NCBI GenBank assembly: GCA_965215195.1
Contig: CBDCDC010000002.1
Coordinates: 544,001 to 608,000, forward strand
Origin: Candidatus Latescibacterota bacterium
GTDB lineage: Bacteria; Latescibacterota; UBA2968; UBA8231
Direction of reading: 5' to 3'
DNA: 64,000 nt
The notes under the pieces were generated by a model, which was given only the letters and a program-made list of their open reading frames with translations, was not told the origin of the DNA and did no database searches. This document shows positions 21,019 to 30,059 of the stretch, piece by piece. Position 1 is the first letter of the stretch, and each line of letters opens with the position of its first letter. Position numbers and translations under genes: made by a program.

Positions 21019-22320
21019 ATGGATATAGACATGTCGCTACCTAACTCCGCAACGGCCTTCGCCCGAGCGCAGAACGTCATCCCCGGGGGCGTGAACAGTC
21101 CGGCGCGGGCTTTCGGTGCGGTGGGCGGTGGCCCTCGCTTTATCGACCGGGGGGCTGGTTCGCGCCTGTTCGATATTGATGGCCGCGAATACATCGACTA
21201 CGTATGCTCTTGGGGGCCACTCATTTTCGGCCATGCCCATCCCCGCGTCGTAAGGGCCGTACAGGAAGCCTGCGCAAAGGGGACCAGTTTCGGTGCCCCG
21301 ACCGAGCTGGAAACCGCATTGGCCGAGCGCATTGTGGCCATGGTGCCCTCCATCGAAATGGTGCGGATGGTGAGTTCGGGGACCGAGGCCACGATGGCCG
21401 CGGTGCGCTTGGCGCGCGGCCATACCGGCAGGGACAAAATCGCCAAATTCGAAGGCTGCTGGCACGGGCACGGGGACGCCTTCTTGAGCGAGGCCGGGTC
21501 TTCGGCCCTGACCTTGGGGGTCCCCACCAGCCCGGGCGTACCGCAAAGCGTGGTTGATTCGACCCTGACGCTGCCGTACAACGACGCGGCCGCCGTGCGT
21601 GTGGCCGTGCGGGAAAACAGCGGCCAGCTCGCCGCCATCATCGTCGAGCCGGTGGCCGGCAATATGGGGACCGTGCCCCCGTGCGAGGGCTTTCTCCCGG
21701 CCCTGCGCCAACTAGCCGACGAAGAGGGAATCGTCCTCATCTTCGACGAGGTCATCACTGGGTTCCGCGTCGGCCCGGGCGGGGCGCAAGAGCGCTATGG
21801 CGTGATGCCCGACCTGACGTGCTTGGGCAAAATAGTCGGGGGGGGCTTGCCGGCCGCCGCGTATGGCGGCAAGCGGGAGATCATGGAAAACGCGTCGCCG
21901 CTGGGCATAAAGGTCTCGCAGGCTGGCACCTTATCGGGCAACCCCCTCGCCATGGCCGCTGGCTTGGAACAATTGAACATGCTGTCCGAACCCGGAGTCT
22001 ATGAAACGCTGGAGAGTCGCTGCGCCGATTTGGCGGCCGGCATGGCCGACAACCTGCAAAAACTGGGCTTGGACTACGCGCTCAACCGGGTCGGTGCCAT
22101 GCTCTGCATGTTTTTTACCTCGCGTCCGGTGGTGGATTTTGCCAGCGTCGGCACGGTCGATCTAGTGCGCTTTAAGCACTATTTCTGGGCTTGCCTAGAG
22201 CGGGGCCTCTATCTGGCCCCCTCCCAATACGAATGTATGTTTCCCTCGCTCGCCCACGGGGAAGGGGATATCGAAGAAACCCTCCGCATTCACTTTGACG
22301 CGCTCAAGGCCGTGCATTGA
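21019..22320 (+). CDS. hemL: Glutamate-1-semialdehyde 2,1-aminomutase
   Basis: IPGGVNSPARAF, SWGPL, SGTEATM, FDEVITGFR, LGKIVGGGLP, GTLSGNP; start may be 21031. Confidence 0.97.
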   Translation: MDIDMSLPNSATAFARAQNVIPGGVNSPARAFGAVGGGPRFIDRGAGSRLFDIDGREYIDYVCSWGPLIFGHAHPRVVRAVQEACAKGTSFGAPTELETALAERIVAMVPSIEMVRMVSSGTEATMAAVRLARGHTGRDKIAKFEGCWHGHGDAFLSEAGSSALTLGVPTSPGVPQSVVDSTLTLPYNDAAAVRVAVRENSGQLAAIIVEPVAGNMGTVPPCEGFLPALRQLADEEGIVLIFDEVITGFRVGPGGAQERYGVMPDLTCLGKIVGGGLPAAAYGGKREIMENASPLGIKVSQAGTLSGNPLAMAAGLEQLNMLSEPGVYETLESRCADLAAGMADNLQKLGLDYALNRVGAMLCMFFTSRPVVDFASVGTVDLVRFKHYFWACLERGLYLAPSQYECMFPSLAHGEGDIEETLRIHFDALKAVH

Positions 22321-22748
22321 GCGCGGGGAATCCCAATAGGCTGTGGATGCTCGCGTGGACCGTCCTGTGGGCCGGGGGATGCGCCGACGGCGAGGTTCGC
22401 GAAGATGAACGGGTGCCCGAACCTGCCAGTCGCCGCGAAGTAGTTGTCTTAACGCCGACTGACTCTGTGGTCGCCCCAGCTAATGCTATTGATACCAGCC
22501 CGGTATTTTTCGATCCCGACGGCCAATTCACCGTCCAAGTCGGCGTCTATCGGGATGCAAAACGCGCCGATCAGAAGGTGCGCGAATTAAAGGACGAGGG
22601 CTATCCGGCTTATAGCGTGCAGAGCGATGCTGGCGTACGGGTGCGAATCGGCTATTTCACCGAGCACACCGACGCCGACCGCTTTGGTCGCATTTTTGCC
22701 AAGGATCGCGGTGTGGAGTATTGGATAGCTTGGCGCGCCAATGAATAA
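22317..22748 (+). CDS. SPOR-domain lipoprotein
   Basis: Lipobox-like AGGC; FTVQVGVY...A...L...GY.AY...RVRIGYF. Confidence 0.8.
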   Translation: MSAGNPNRLWMLAWTVLWAGGCADGEVREDERVPEPASRREVVVLTPTDSVVAPANAIDTSPVFFDPDGQFTVQVGVYRDAKRADQKVRELKDEGYPAYSVQSDAGVRVRIGYFTEHTDADRFGRIFAKDRGVEYWIAWRANE

Positions 22749-23151
22749 AACTCGCGTACTGTGCTGCGGCACTTTTGATTACCTGCACCCGGGCCACCGC
22801 TCCTTCATTGAGCAGGCGGCTGCGCTGGGCGACGAACTGTTCGTGGTGGTCGCCCGCGACGAGAACGTTCGGCGCATCAAGGGGCACTATCCCGACCAAT
22901 CCCAAGAAGAGCGCCAAGCCGCGCTGGAGAAGCTGCCCGAGGTCACCGAAGTCCGCCTCGGCCACGAGGGGTGTAACTTTTTGCGCATCGTCGGCGAGAT
23001 CGCCCCCCACATTATTGCCCTCGGCTACGACCAAAGGAGGCCAGCGGGCTTGGCCGAAGCCTTTCCCCAGTGCGAAATCGTCGTTCTCCAGCCCCATCGC
23101 CCCGAGCAGTTTAAGTCGTCCCTTTTTCGGCGTCAGGCAGGCCGCACGTGA
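22741..23151 (+). CDS. Cytidylyltransferase-family nucleotidyltransferase, RibL-like FAD synthase
   Basis: GTFDYLHPGH, LGDELFVVVARD, P..I.LGYDQ, KSS. Confidence 0.8.
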   Translation: MNKTRVLCCGTFDYLHPGHRSFIEQAAALGDELFVVVARDENVRRIKGHYPDQSQEERQAALEKLPEVTEVRLGHEGCNFLRIVGEIAPHIIALGYDQRRPAGLAEAFPQCEIVVLQPHRPEQFKSSLFRRQAGRT

Positions 23152-23699
23152 AGCCTTCGCCCCAACTCATCCTCTGGTACGGGCGCGACAAGGCTCCGGC
23201 CTTGCCGGAAATGGCCGGCTATCAACTGCGGACGTACCAGCCGGGCGACGAGGCGGGCTGGTTGGCCCTATTGCAGGCCAACGGCGAATTGGGCCGTTGG
23301 GACCGGCAGCGGCTAGAGGCCGTACTGGAAGGAACTCGGGTCCAGCTCTTTGTCGAGTGCGCGGGGCAGATCGTCGCCTGTACGGGTTGCAACGACCGCG
23401 ACCGCGAGTTGCGGCCGTGTTGGGAAATCGGCTGGGTTGCGGTCCACCCGGCCTTTCAGGGGCGCGGCCTAGGCAAGTTCATCGTAGCGGCGGCCGTGGT
23501 CCAAGCCAAGGCTTTAGGGCCGCGACCCATATACCTGCTGACCGATGACTTCCGCATCCCGGCCCTGCGCTGCTATCTCAAGCTGGGCTTCGCGCCCAAT
23601 AGCAGCCATCCATCCTACCCGCGCCGCTGGGCCGACATCTTTGCCCGTTTGGGCGCGGATTATCAAGCCCTAAAACCCGAGTTTGTCTCCTCAGCCTAG
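23148..23699 (+). CDS. GNAT family N-acetyltransferase
   Basis: WVAVHPAFQGRGLG, ALRCYLKLGF. Confidence 0.9.
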   Translation: MKPSPQLILWYGRDKAPALPEMAGYQLRTYQPGDEAGWLALLQANGELGRWDRQRLEAVLEGTRVQLFVECAGQIVACTGCNDRDRELRPCWEIGWVAVHPAFQGRGLGKFIVAAAVVQAKALGPRPIYLLTDDFRIPALRCYLKLGFAPNSSHPSYPRRWADIFARLGADYQALKPEFVSSA

Positions 23700-23759
23700 T
23701 GGAGTTTTTCTTCTAGGTCTTCTACCTGCCCCGGCCAACGTTGACGCCGGCAGACTGTT

Positions 23760-25337
23760 ATGATACAGATGGAACCCAGAGCGGGACGGACGGCCAAGCG
23801 CAAACTGCCCATCGGCATTCAGACCTTCCGCGAAATCCGCGAGGACCACTGCTACTATGTCGATAAGACCGCCTACATGGAGCGGTTGGTTGACGAGGGC
23901 AAGCACTACTTCCTGTCGCGTCCCCGTCGGTTTGGCAAGAGCCTGTTTCTCGACACACTGAAGGAGTTGTTTGAGGGAAACGAGCCGTTGTTTGAGGGGC
24001 TGGCCATCCACGAGCGGTGGGACTGGTCGGTTCGCCATCCGGTGCTGCGGCTCGACTTTAGCCGGGGCTACTTCAAGGAGCCGGGCCAGCTACAAGAGGA
24101 CGTGATGGCACAACTGGACGCCATGGAAAGGCGAGGGGGCGTCGGTTCGGACTACACGGGTGCAGCGGTACGCTTCAGCTATCTCATTGAAGCGTTGCAC
24201 GAGCGCACTGGCCAGCGGGTGGCGGTGCTGATTGACGAGTACGACAAGCCCATTCTCGACGCACTAGAGGTGCCGGAGGTGGCTCGGGCTAACCGCGACT
24301 ACTTGCGCGGGTTGTACGCGACGATCAAGGACAGCGACGCGCACATCGCGTTCAGCTTCCTCACCGGGGTGAGCAAGTTCTCCAAGGTCAGCTTGTTCTC
24401 CGGCCTCAACAATCTCAAGGACATTACCTTAGACCCGCGCTACTCGGCCATTTGCGGCTATACTGAGGCCGACTTGGACACGCTGTTCGCCCCGGAACTG
24501 CCCGGCTTGGACCGAGCGGAAATCCGACGCTGGTACAATGGCTACAACTGGCTAGGTGAAGAACAGGTGTACAACCCCTTTGATGTCCTCCTGCTGTTCG
24601 ACCGCCGCCGGTTCGGGGCCTACTGGTTCGAGACGGGTACGCCGACGTTTCTGCTTGAGACGTTGTTGGCGCGTGAGGTCAGTGCCCTCGCCTTGGACGA
24701 TATGCTCGGCAGCGAGGAATTACTGTCGGCGTTTGATGTGGATCACATTGCGACCGAGGCCCTGCTGTTCCAGACCGGCTACCTGACCATTCGCCGCACC
24801 GAGCCGCGCGGCGGGCAGATGTACTACCGGCTGGGCTACCCCAACCAGGAGGTGCGGCAGAGCCTGAACGAGAGCCTGCTGAACCACTTGACGGGGAACC
24901 CGGTGCGCCGGGCCGAGCACGGTGCCCGGCTGTACGACCTGCTACTGGTCAATGACTTCGATGGCTTGGAGCGGCTGTTGGAGGCGTTTTTTGCCAGCAT
25001 TCCCTATCAGTGGCACGCAAATAATGAGATTGCGAGCTACGAGGGCTATTACGCCAGTGTGTTTTATTCGTACTTCGCGTCGCTGGGGCTGTCGATTACC
25101 GTGGAGGACAGCAGTCAGGCGGGTCGCTTGGACATGGCGGTGGAGTTCAATGGGAACGTGTACCTGTTTGAGTTCAAGGTGGTGGAACGGGCGTCGGCAG
25201 GGGCGGCACTGCGGCAGTTACACGAGCGGGACTACGCGGCCAAGTATCGCGGTCGAGGCGCGGCGATTTACCTCGTTGGGGTGGAGTTCAGCCGGGAGAC
25301 GCGCAACCTGACCGCTTTCGAGGTGGAACGGGCGTGA
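23760..25337 (+). CDS. AAA-ATPase-like protein with C-terminal PD-(D/E)XK nuclease domain
   Basis: KLPIGIQTF, YYVDKT, RPRRFGKS, IDEYDKP, YNPF, GR.D...FEFK. Confidence 0.93.
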   Translation: MIQMEPRAGRTAKRKLPIGIQTFREIREDHCYYVDKTAYMERLVDEGKHYFLSRPRRFGKSLFLDTLKELFEGNEPLFEGLAIHERWDWSVRHPVLRLDFSRGYFKEPGQLQEDVMAQLDAMERRGGVGSDYTGAAVRFSYLIEALHERTGQRVAVLIDEYDKPILDALEVPEVARANRDYLRGLYATIKDSDAHIAFSFLTGVSKFSKVSLFSGLNNLKDITLDPRYSAICGYTEADLDTLFAPELPGLDRAEIRRWYNGYNWLGEEQVYNPFDVLLLFDRRRFGAYWFETGTPTFLLETLLAREVSALALDDMLGSEELLSAFDVDHIATEALLFQTGYLTIRRTEPRGGQMYYRLGYPNQEVRQSLNESLLNHLTGNPVRRAEHGARLYDLLLVNDFDGLERLLEAFFASIPYQWHANNEIASYEGYYASVFYSYFASLGLSITVEDSSQAGRLDMAVEFNGNVYLFEFKVVERASAGAALRQLHERDYAAKYRGRGAAIYLVGVEFSRETRNLTAFEVERA

Positions 25338-25352
25338 ATCTCTGACTTCTCA

Positions 25353-25688
25353 TTATCCCCCTAATTCTTCCATCACCGCTTTTGTTATCCGCTTAGCCAG
25401 TCTGATCTCCGCCAACTCTTTCGTCGCCAGATACACGAGAAATTCTTGCAGCTCTCTGCCTTTTTCCGTCTGCGTTTCCCCTTCATATCTCATCAAGTCC
25501 ACTAACTGTATCCGCAACGCTTTTGAAATTTTGTAAAGCGTTTCTAAGCTCGGCGTTGCTCTCCGGCCCTCGATCTTCCTAATCCCGTCCACGCTAAGTC
25601 CTGCCAGCTCAGCCAGCTTCTCTTGGGTTATCCCTGCCTGCCGGCGCAACTGCTGCACCCTGTAGCAAGCTACATTTCTGATATCCAT
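25353..25688 (-). CDS. XRE-family HTH transcriptional regulator
   Basis: LRRQAGITQEKLAELAGLS..I..IE....PSLETL.KI..AL; lower-GC context. Confidence 0.85.
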   Translation of the reverse strand: MDIRNVACYRVQQLRRQAGITQEKLAELAGLSVDGIRKIEGRRATPSLETLYKISKALRIQLVDLMRYEGETQTEKGRELQEFLVYLATKELAEIRLAKRITKAVMEELGG

Positions 25689-25882
25689 ACCTGTATCCCT
25701 GTCGATCTCCGCCTCCCCCAAGCAACCCGTTATTTTTTTAAGCTGTTGTATTTATTGGGGTAAATACAGGTATTTTAAGGCATGTTATTAATTTATAATT
25801 GACTTCAATACATATTTTCTTAAGATTAATTACCGTACGTGAGGAAACGTGCGATTTCACAAATAGGAAGGTAGGAAGGATT

Positions 25883-26110
25883 ATGCAGCGCAGGCTTTTG
25901 ACTTTTGCGGCTCGGATCGCAGTGGCGTGTGCCGTTATAGCGGCGTTCAGTGTCATCTCAAGTGGCTGTGCCGCAGCCTTGGGGGGCGCGATCTCGGCAT
26001 CACAGGCAAGCCGTGATAGAGCCAGAGAAGAAGCTAAAAAGGGGCCTGAGATGACTCAGCTACAAATACGCGAGCTACAAACGCGCGAATGGGACACAAC
26101 CGATAAAGAA
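25883..26110 (+). pseudogene. Truncated lipoprotein fragment
   Basis: AGGAAGGA RBS, signal peptide with SSGC, TQLQIRELQTREWDTTDK; frame then runs into unrelated sequence and the MITE. Confidence 0.5.
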
Positions 26111-26164
26111 AATCGATGCAAACCACCTTGTTTCCAGCGTAAAATCTCAAAGCAGTTCCTTTTA

Positions 26165-26284
26165 GAAGCTGTCTTAAAACTCGCGTCGGGTCGCAGGGAT
26201 CCTTGGGCTGGAGGGCGTCTCGCCCTCGCACCCAAGCCATCAGTGGGCCGCAGAGGACAGTACGAGGGGTTTTGAGACAGCTTC
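26165..26284. mobile_element. MITE (120 bp) with 16-bp terminal inverted repeats and TTA target duplication
   Basis: GAAGCTGTCTTAAAAC...GTTTTGAGACAGCTTC (15/16 inverted match); TTA on both flanks; internal hairpin. Confidence 0.75.
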
Positions 26285-26356
26285 TTAAGGATCACAGCCA
26301 AGCCCTATGAGGCGGTCCTTTCTTCTATACCATATCATTTGCTTAGGAGCAATCTT

Positions 26357-26929
26357 ATGAAAAAGAAAATACCTTTGTTAATACTAGCCTTTTTTCTTTG
26401 GTATAGCCCTGTGGCAGGCAATGAACTGGAGAGTTGGTACACCTATTGGGGAGGGGGCTGGAGCAATGTTACTTACCATGATGAAGACCTCAATGACGCG
26501 CTGGGTGATGTCGACTGGGATTTCCATATTCCCCTTAACCTTGATCTATTGGGATTCTACTGGCCACGCGGCGAGCATCTTCTGATGGGGTTTGTTGTTA
26601 ATGCTTTCGGAGACCGCTATGAGTTAGGCGGCGATTGGATTCAGATCAACGGTTATACATATTCCCTCAGTGTTATAAATTTCCTACAGAATCGTATCGG
26701 CCAAGGGCCTTTTATGCGCTTGGACGTCGGGCCGGCTCTCTTATTAGCAGACACCAATTTCTTTGGTAGTGAGACGAGCGACTGGGGCTGGGGATTTTTA
26801 GGAGGTGTTGGCTACGGCTTGCCCATAACTAGCGGCACACGGTTGCTCTTCCAGCTCAATTACGGCTTGCGCCGCGTCGAAGGCGATAATACAGGAGCAC
26901 TCAACTTGAGCTTGGGGGGAATGTGGTAA
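26357..26929 (+). CDS. Outer-membrane beta-barrel protein
   Basis: AGGAG RBS, signal peptide, alternating beta-strand pattern, C-terminal Trp. Confidence 0.75.
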   Translation: MKKKIPLLILAFFLWYSPVAGNELESWYTYWGGGWSNVTYHDEDLNDALGDVDWDFHIPLNLDLLGFYWPRGEHLLMGFVVNAFGDRYELGGDWIQINGYTYSLSVINFLQNRIGQGPFMRLDVGPALLLADTNFFGSETSDWGWGFLGGVGYGLPITSGTRLLFQLNYGLRRVEGDNTGALNLSLGGMW

Positions 26930-27077
26930 CTTGCGTTGGCAGTGGATGTCATTTGAACGCTTATGACCGAAATTAGCCCAGTTGCCGCAGCCGCTGCTCC
27001 AACACCGTGTGGTCGGCGGCCGGCCCCCAATCCCCATGCCCGTAGTTAGACGCTGCTTTGGCATGAAGGTTAGCGGC

Positions 27078-27428
27078 TCAAGGCACGATCTCGTCCACAG
27101 CGACGGTAATATTAGCCACCGCCTCCACTTTAGGCTGGATCACAATATGATGTACATCCTGATCCAGCGCGTTTAGGAAGGCCAAGAGCTTTGCAACGGA
27201 AAATTTATCGAACTGCCCTCTTTTCAGATCGGAGACCCGTCCTTGGGCAATGCCGAGCAAGGGGCCGGCGTCTTTCTGGGTTAGGCCGTTCTCCTCGATA
27301 ATATCTAAAATTCTTGTGGCGATGCTTGCTTTTAATGCCCATTCCTCTGGCTTGGCATATCCTAAGTCAGCGTAAACATTCGTCGATCCCTCATAGTATT
27401 CAGTATCGCCTACTTTTCTCTTCTTCAC
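27078..27428 (-). CDS. HTH antitoxin (HigA-like XRE)
   Basis: GSTNVYADLG, LTQKDAG.LLGI.Q.RVS.L..G...FS...L; GAGGAG RBS with GTG 27428. Confidence 0.85.
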   Translation of the reverse strand: MKKRKVGDTEYYEGSTNVYADLGYAKPEEWALKASIATRILDIIEENGLTQKDAGPLLGIAQGRVSDLKRGQFDKFSVAKLLAFLNALDQDVHHIVIQPKVEAVANITVAVDEIVP

Positions 27429-27505
27429 GATTTTCTCTCCTCTGCTATTATTTTCGCTTGTTGAAGCCGCCGTGCAATGGTGGCCAATTGGGCTTGTCGT
27501 TTTTG
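27425..27505 (-). pseudogene. 3' remnant of RelE/HigB-type toxin
   Basis: Frame QAQLATIARRLQQAKIIAEERKS* whose TGA overlaps the antitoxin GTG. Confidence 0.45.
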
Positions 27506-27539
27506 CCATGACTGGCCCTGTCGGCGGCCCGGACGAAAA

Positions 27540-28652
27540 TCACTCCAAATAGCCTAGCTTCCGCAGCCGCTGTTCCAATATCGCACGGTCCGTAGCCGGT
27601 CCCCAATCTGCATGCCCATAGCGAGACGCGGCCTTGAGCGCAGCGTATGCCGCGTGGTACTGGTGGGTGCGGCCCAAGGCCGGGCGCGGCGTTTCGCTGA
27701 AGGTGGCGACTAAGGTTTCGCGCTGAGTCACTTCGTCGTAGCTGAACTTGGCATCTGCGTCAAATAGAGACCACTGGCGACCGTATTGCGCCGCCGGGCC
27801 GGGGTCGATTTCGGCGAGGTAATACTGGGGCGTAAGCGGGGAGCGAATGTCGCGGGCAAAGCCGCGGTAGGAATGATCTAACCCCAAGAGCGACAAGAGG
27901 GTAGGGAAAATATCGACGAGGGAAATTAACCCGCGCCCGGGGGCGGGGTTATCCGCGCCGGGCAGGTGGTAGTACAGGGGGACGCGGAGCACATCGTTGC
28001 GCAAGGTGTGGCCGTGATAGGGTTCGTCGGCCCGCCAGCTCTCGCCGTGATCGCTGAGGATAAACACGGCCCAGGTCTCGCGGTCCAAAGCGGCCAACAG
28101 CGGCGCGATGCGCTGCTCAAAGAGCCGCTCGATGGCGGCGCGATAATGCGCCTGCACCACCTCAATGCGCCCAGCCGCTAGCAATTGTCCCATTTCTCCA
28201 AAGGCCAAGCCGTCGGCCGCGCCGTAAGGGGCGTGAACGCTCCAATAGTGAATAAAGAGAACGGTTGGCTCGCGGCGTTGTGCCCAGCCGACGAGCTGCT
28301 CGTCTGCGGGCAAAGGGGCAAGGTGGCTGGCGTAGCTCAGGCCGGTGAAAATGTCCGGGGCCTCTGAAAATGCGCCGACCGCATAACCGGCTCGACGGCA
28401 AAGGGCAAAGAGGTCGGCAACGCCCTGCCGCATAGCGGGCGACTGCTGGCCTTCGATGCCGTGTTCAAACGGGTACAGCCCGGTAAAAAGCGAGGTGTGG
28501 ACCGGGCGAGTGGCCGAGGAAACCGAAAAGCAGTGCTGGCAGAGGTGAAAATCGCACGTCAAGTCGGAAAACCGGGGCGTGCGCACGGCCGCACTGACCC
28601 CGGGGGCAAAATCCAAGCGCAGGCTATCGACCGAAATCAACAGCAGGTTCAT
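27540..28652 (-). CDS. Sulfatase-like hydrolase
   Basis: NLLLISVDSLR.D, TRPVHTSLFTGLYP.EHG, H.PY, SDHGE, RVPL. Confidence 0.85.
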   Translation of the reverse strand: MNLLLISVDSLRLDFAPGVSAAVRTPRFSDLTCDFHLCQHCFSVSSATRPVHTSLFTGLYPFEHGIEGQQSPAMRQGVADLFALCRRAGYAVGAFSEAPDIFTGLSYASHLAPLPADEQLVGWAQRREPTVLFIHYWSVHAPYGAADGLAFGEMGQLLAAGRIEVVQAHYRAAIERLFEQRIAPLLAALDRETWAVFILSDHGESWRADEPYHGHTLRNDVLRVPLYYHLPGADNPAPGRGLISLVDIFPTLLSLLGLDHSYRGFARDIRSPLTPQYYLAEIDPGPAAQYGRQWSLFDADAKFSYDEVTQRETLVATFSETPRPALGRTHQYHAAYAALKAASRYGHADWGPATDRAILEQRLRKLGYLE

Positions 28653-28933
28653 GATTGGCGCTGGACGATCCGGCTCTTTACGGCACTGGAGGGTTTGAAG
28701 GTCGGGGTCTTGCGCTTAGGGATTGCGACGGTCGCGCCGGCTTTGGGATTGCGGCCGGTGCGCGGTGCGCGCTCCACGACCTTGAAAGTGCCAAAGCCGC
28801 GGATTTCGACGTGATCGCCCGCTTCGAGTGCTTGGGCGATGGATTCGATGAACCCTTCGATAACGGCCGCGGTATCTACTTGGGAAAGGCCAGTACTCCG
28901 GGCTAGCTGCTGGGCGATCTCGGCTTTGGTCAT
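28649..28933 (-). CDS. HU/IHF family DNA-binding protein
   Basis: MTKAEI, VEIRGFGTF, RTGRNPK, P.FKP. Confidence 0.95.
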   Translation of the reverse strand: MTKAEIAQQLARSTGLSQVDTAAVIEGFIESIAQALEAGDHVEIRGFGTFKVVERAPRTGRNPKAGATVAIPKRKTPTFKPSSAVKSRIVQRQS

Positions 28934-28961
28934 TGGCTTTCTCCGTTGCTAGCACTCGGCG

Positions 28962-30059
28962 TCAGCGCAAGAGGCCCCGCGCCGAAATGTCCCATATTTT
29001 CTCCACCCGCCCCTTGCGGATGGCGACAAAGTAATCGTGCAGGAAGGTCGTCGAATCCGAATAGCCGACGAGCAATTCGATCCGCTCGCCCAAGGCCGGC
29101 CCGGCTTGGCCCTCTACGATGTCGAAGACGCCGTGTTCAGCAGACAGGTAGCGCAAGCGCAGATCGCTGCGGCCCAGTACCTCCGGCGGCTGATGGCCGG
29201 AAGACAGCGTCTTAAAGCCGGCATCGACGACGACCCGGTCGGCCGCGCGGCTGGTGACCGCGGTGAGCACCGTTAGGGCGGGGGTGAGGGCTTCGACGTG
29301 ACAGGTGTGGCGATACATGGCGTCCATAAATACGCCGCCGCCGGCTTGGATTTCGGTGATCCCGCCGTGGAGGGCGCTGATCTCGTATGAACCCGTGCCA
29401 CCGGCGCTGACGATCTCCACTGGTATGCCGTTGTCTTTGAGTAAGTTGCGCGATTCTACTAACAAATCCAGTGCTTGGTAACAGGCCCTTTGCTTGGCCG
29501 AATGTGGCCAGCAGTCGAGTGCGTGGCCCTCGTAGCCCATCAGGCCCTTGAACGCCAGGCCCGCTTGGTCGCCAATGGCCTTGGACAAGGCCAGAACAGG
29601 AGGGCCAGGTTCCACGCCGACCCGCTTCATGCCAATGTCGATCTCCACGACCACGGGAATGCGGACGCCCTCGGCGGCGGCCGCGGCAGCCATCGGTTCG
29701 ACGACGGCGATATTATCCACTGCGGCAATGACTTCGGCTTGATGTTGCAGGCGGGCTAGAGCGGCGAATTTCGCCGGACTGACGATCTGGTTGGCCAGCA
29801 GGATGGAGGATACGCCATGCGCGACCATCCACTCGGCTTCGCTCAATTTGGCGCAGGTGATGCCACAGGCCCCGTTGGCCAGCTCAATGTGGGCTATGGC
29901 CGGGGATTTGTGCGCCTTGCTGTGGGGCCGCCATGCCTTGCCGTTGGTGCGGCAATACGCAGCCAAGTGCCGCACATTGGATTCAAAGTGTTCGAGATTG
30001 AGCAGTAGTACCGGGGTTTCTAAATCGCCAACTGCTTGGCCGGGTGCGGGTATATTCAC
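28962..30059 (-). CDS. DSD1/D-threonine aldolase family PLP enzyme
   Basis: TPVLL, WRPHSKAHK, GLMGYEGH, SAGGTG, DAGFK, SAEHG. Confidence 0.9.
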   Translation of the reverse strand: MNIPAPGQAVGDLETPVLLLNLEHFESNVRHLAAYCRTNGKAWRPHSKAHKSPAIAHIELANGACGITCAKLSEAEWMVAHGVSSILLANQIVSPAKFAALARLQHQAEVIAAVDNIAVVEPMAAAAAAEGVRIPVVVEIDIGMKRVGVEPGPPVLALSKAIGDQAGLAFKGLMGYEGHALDCWPHSAKQRACYQALDLLVESRNLLKDNGIPVEIVSAGGTGSYEISALHGGITEIQAGGGVFMDAMYRHTCHVEALTPALTVLTAVTSRAADRVVVDAGFKTLSSGHQPPEVLGRSDLRLRYLSAEHGVFDIVEGQAGPALGERIELLVGYSDSTTFLHDYFVAIRKGRVEKIWDISARGLLR

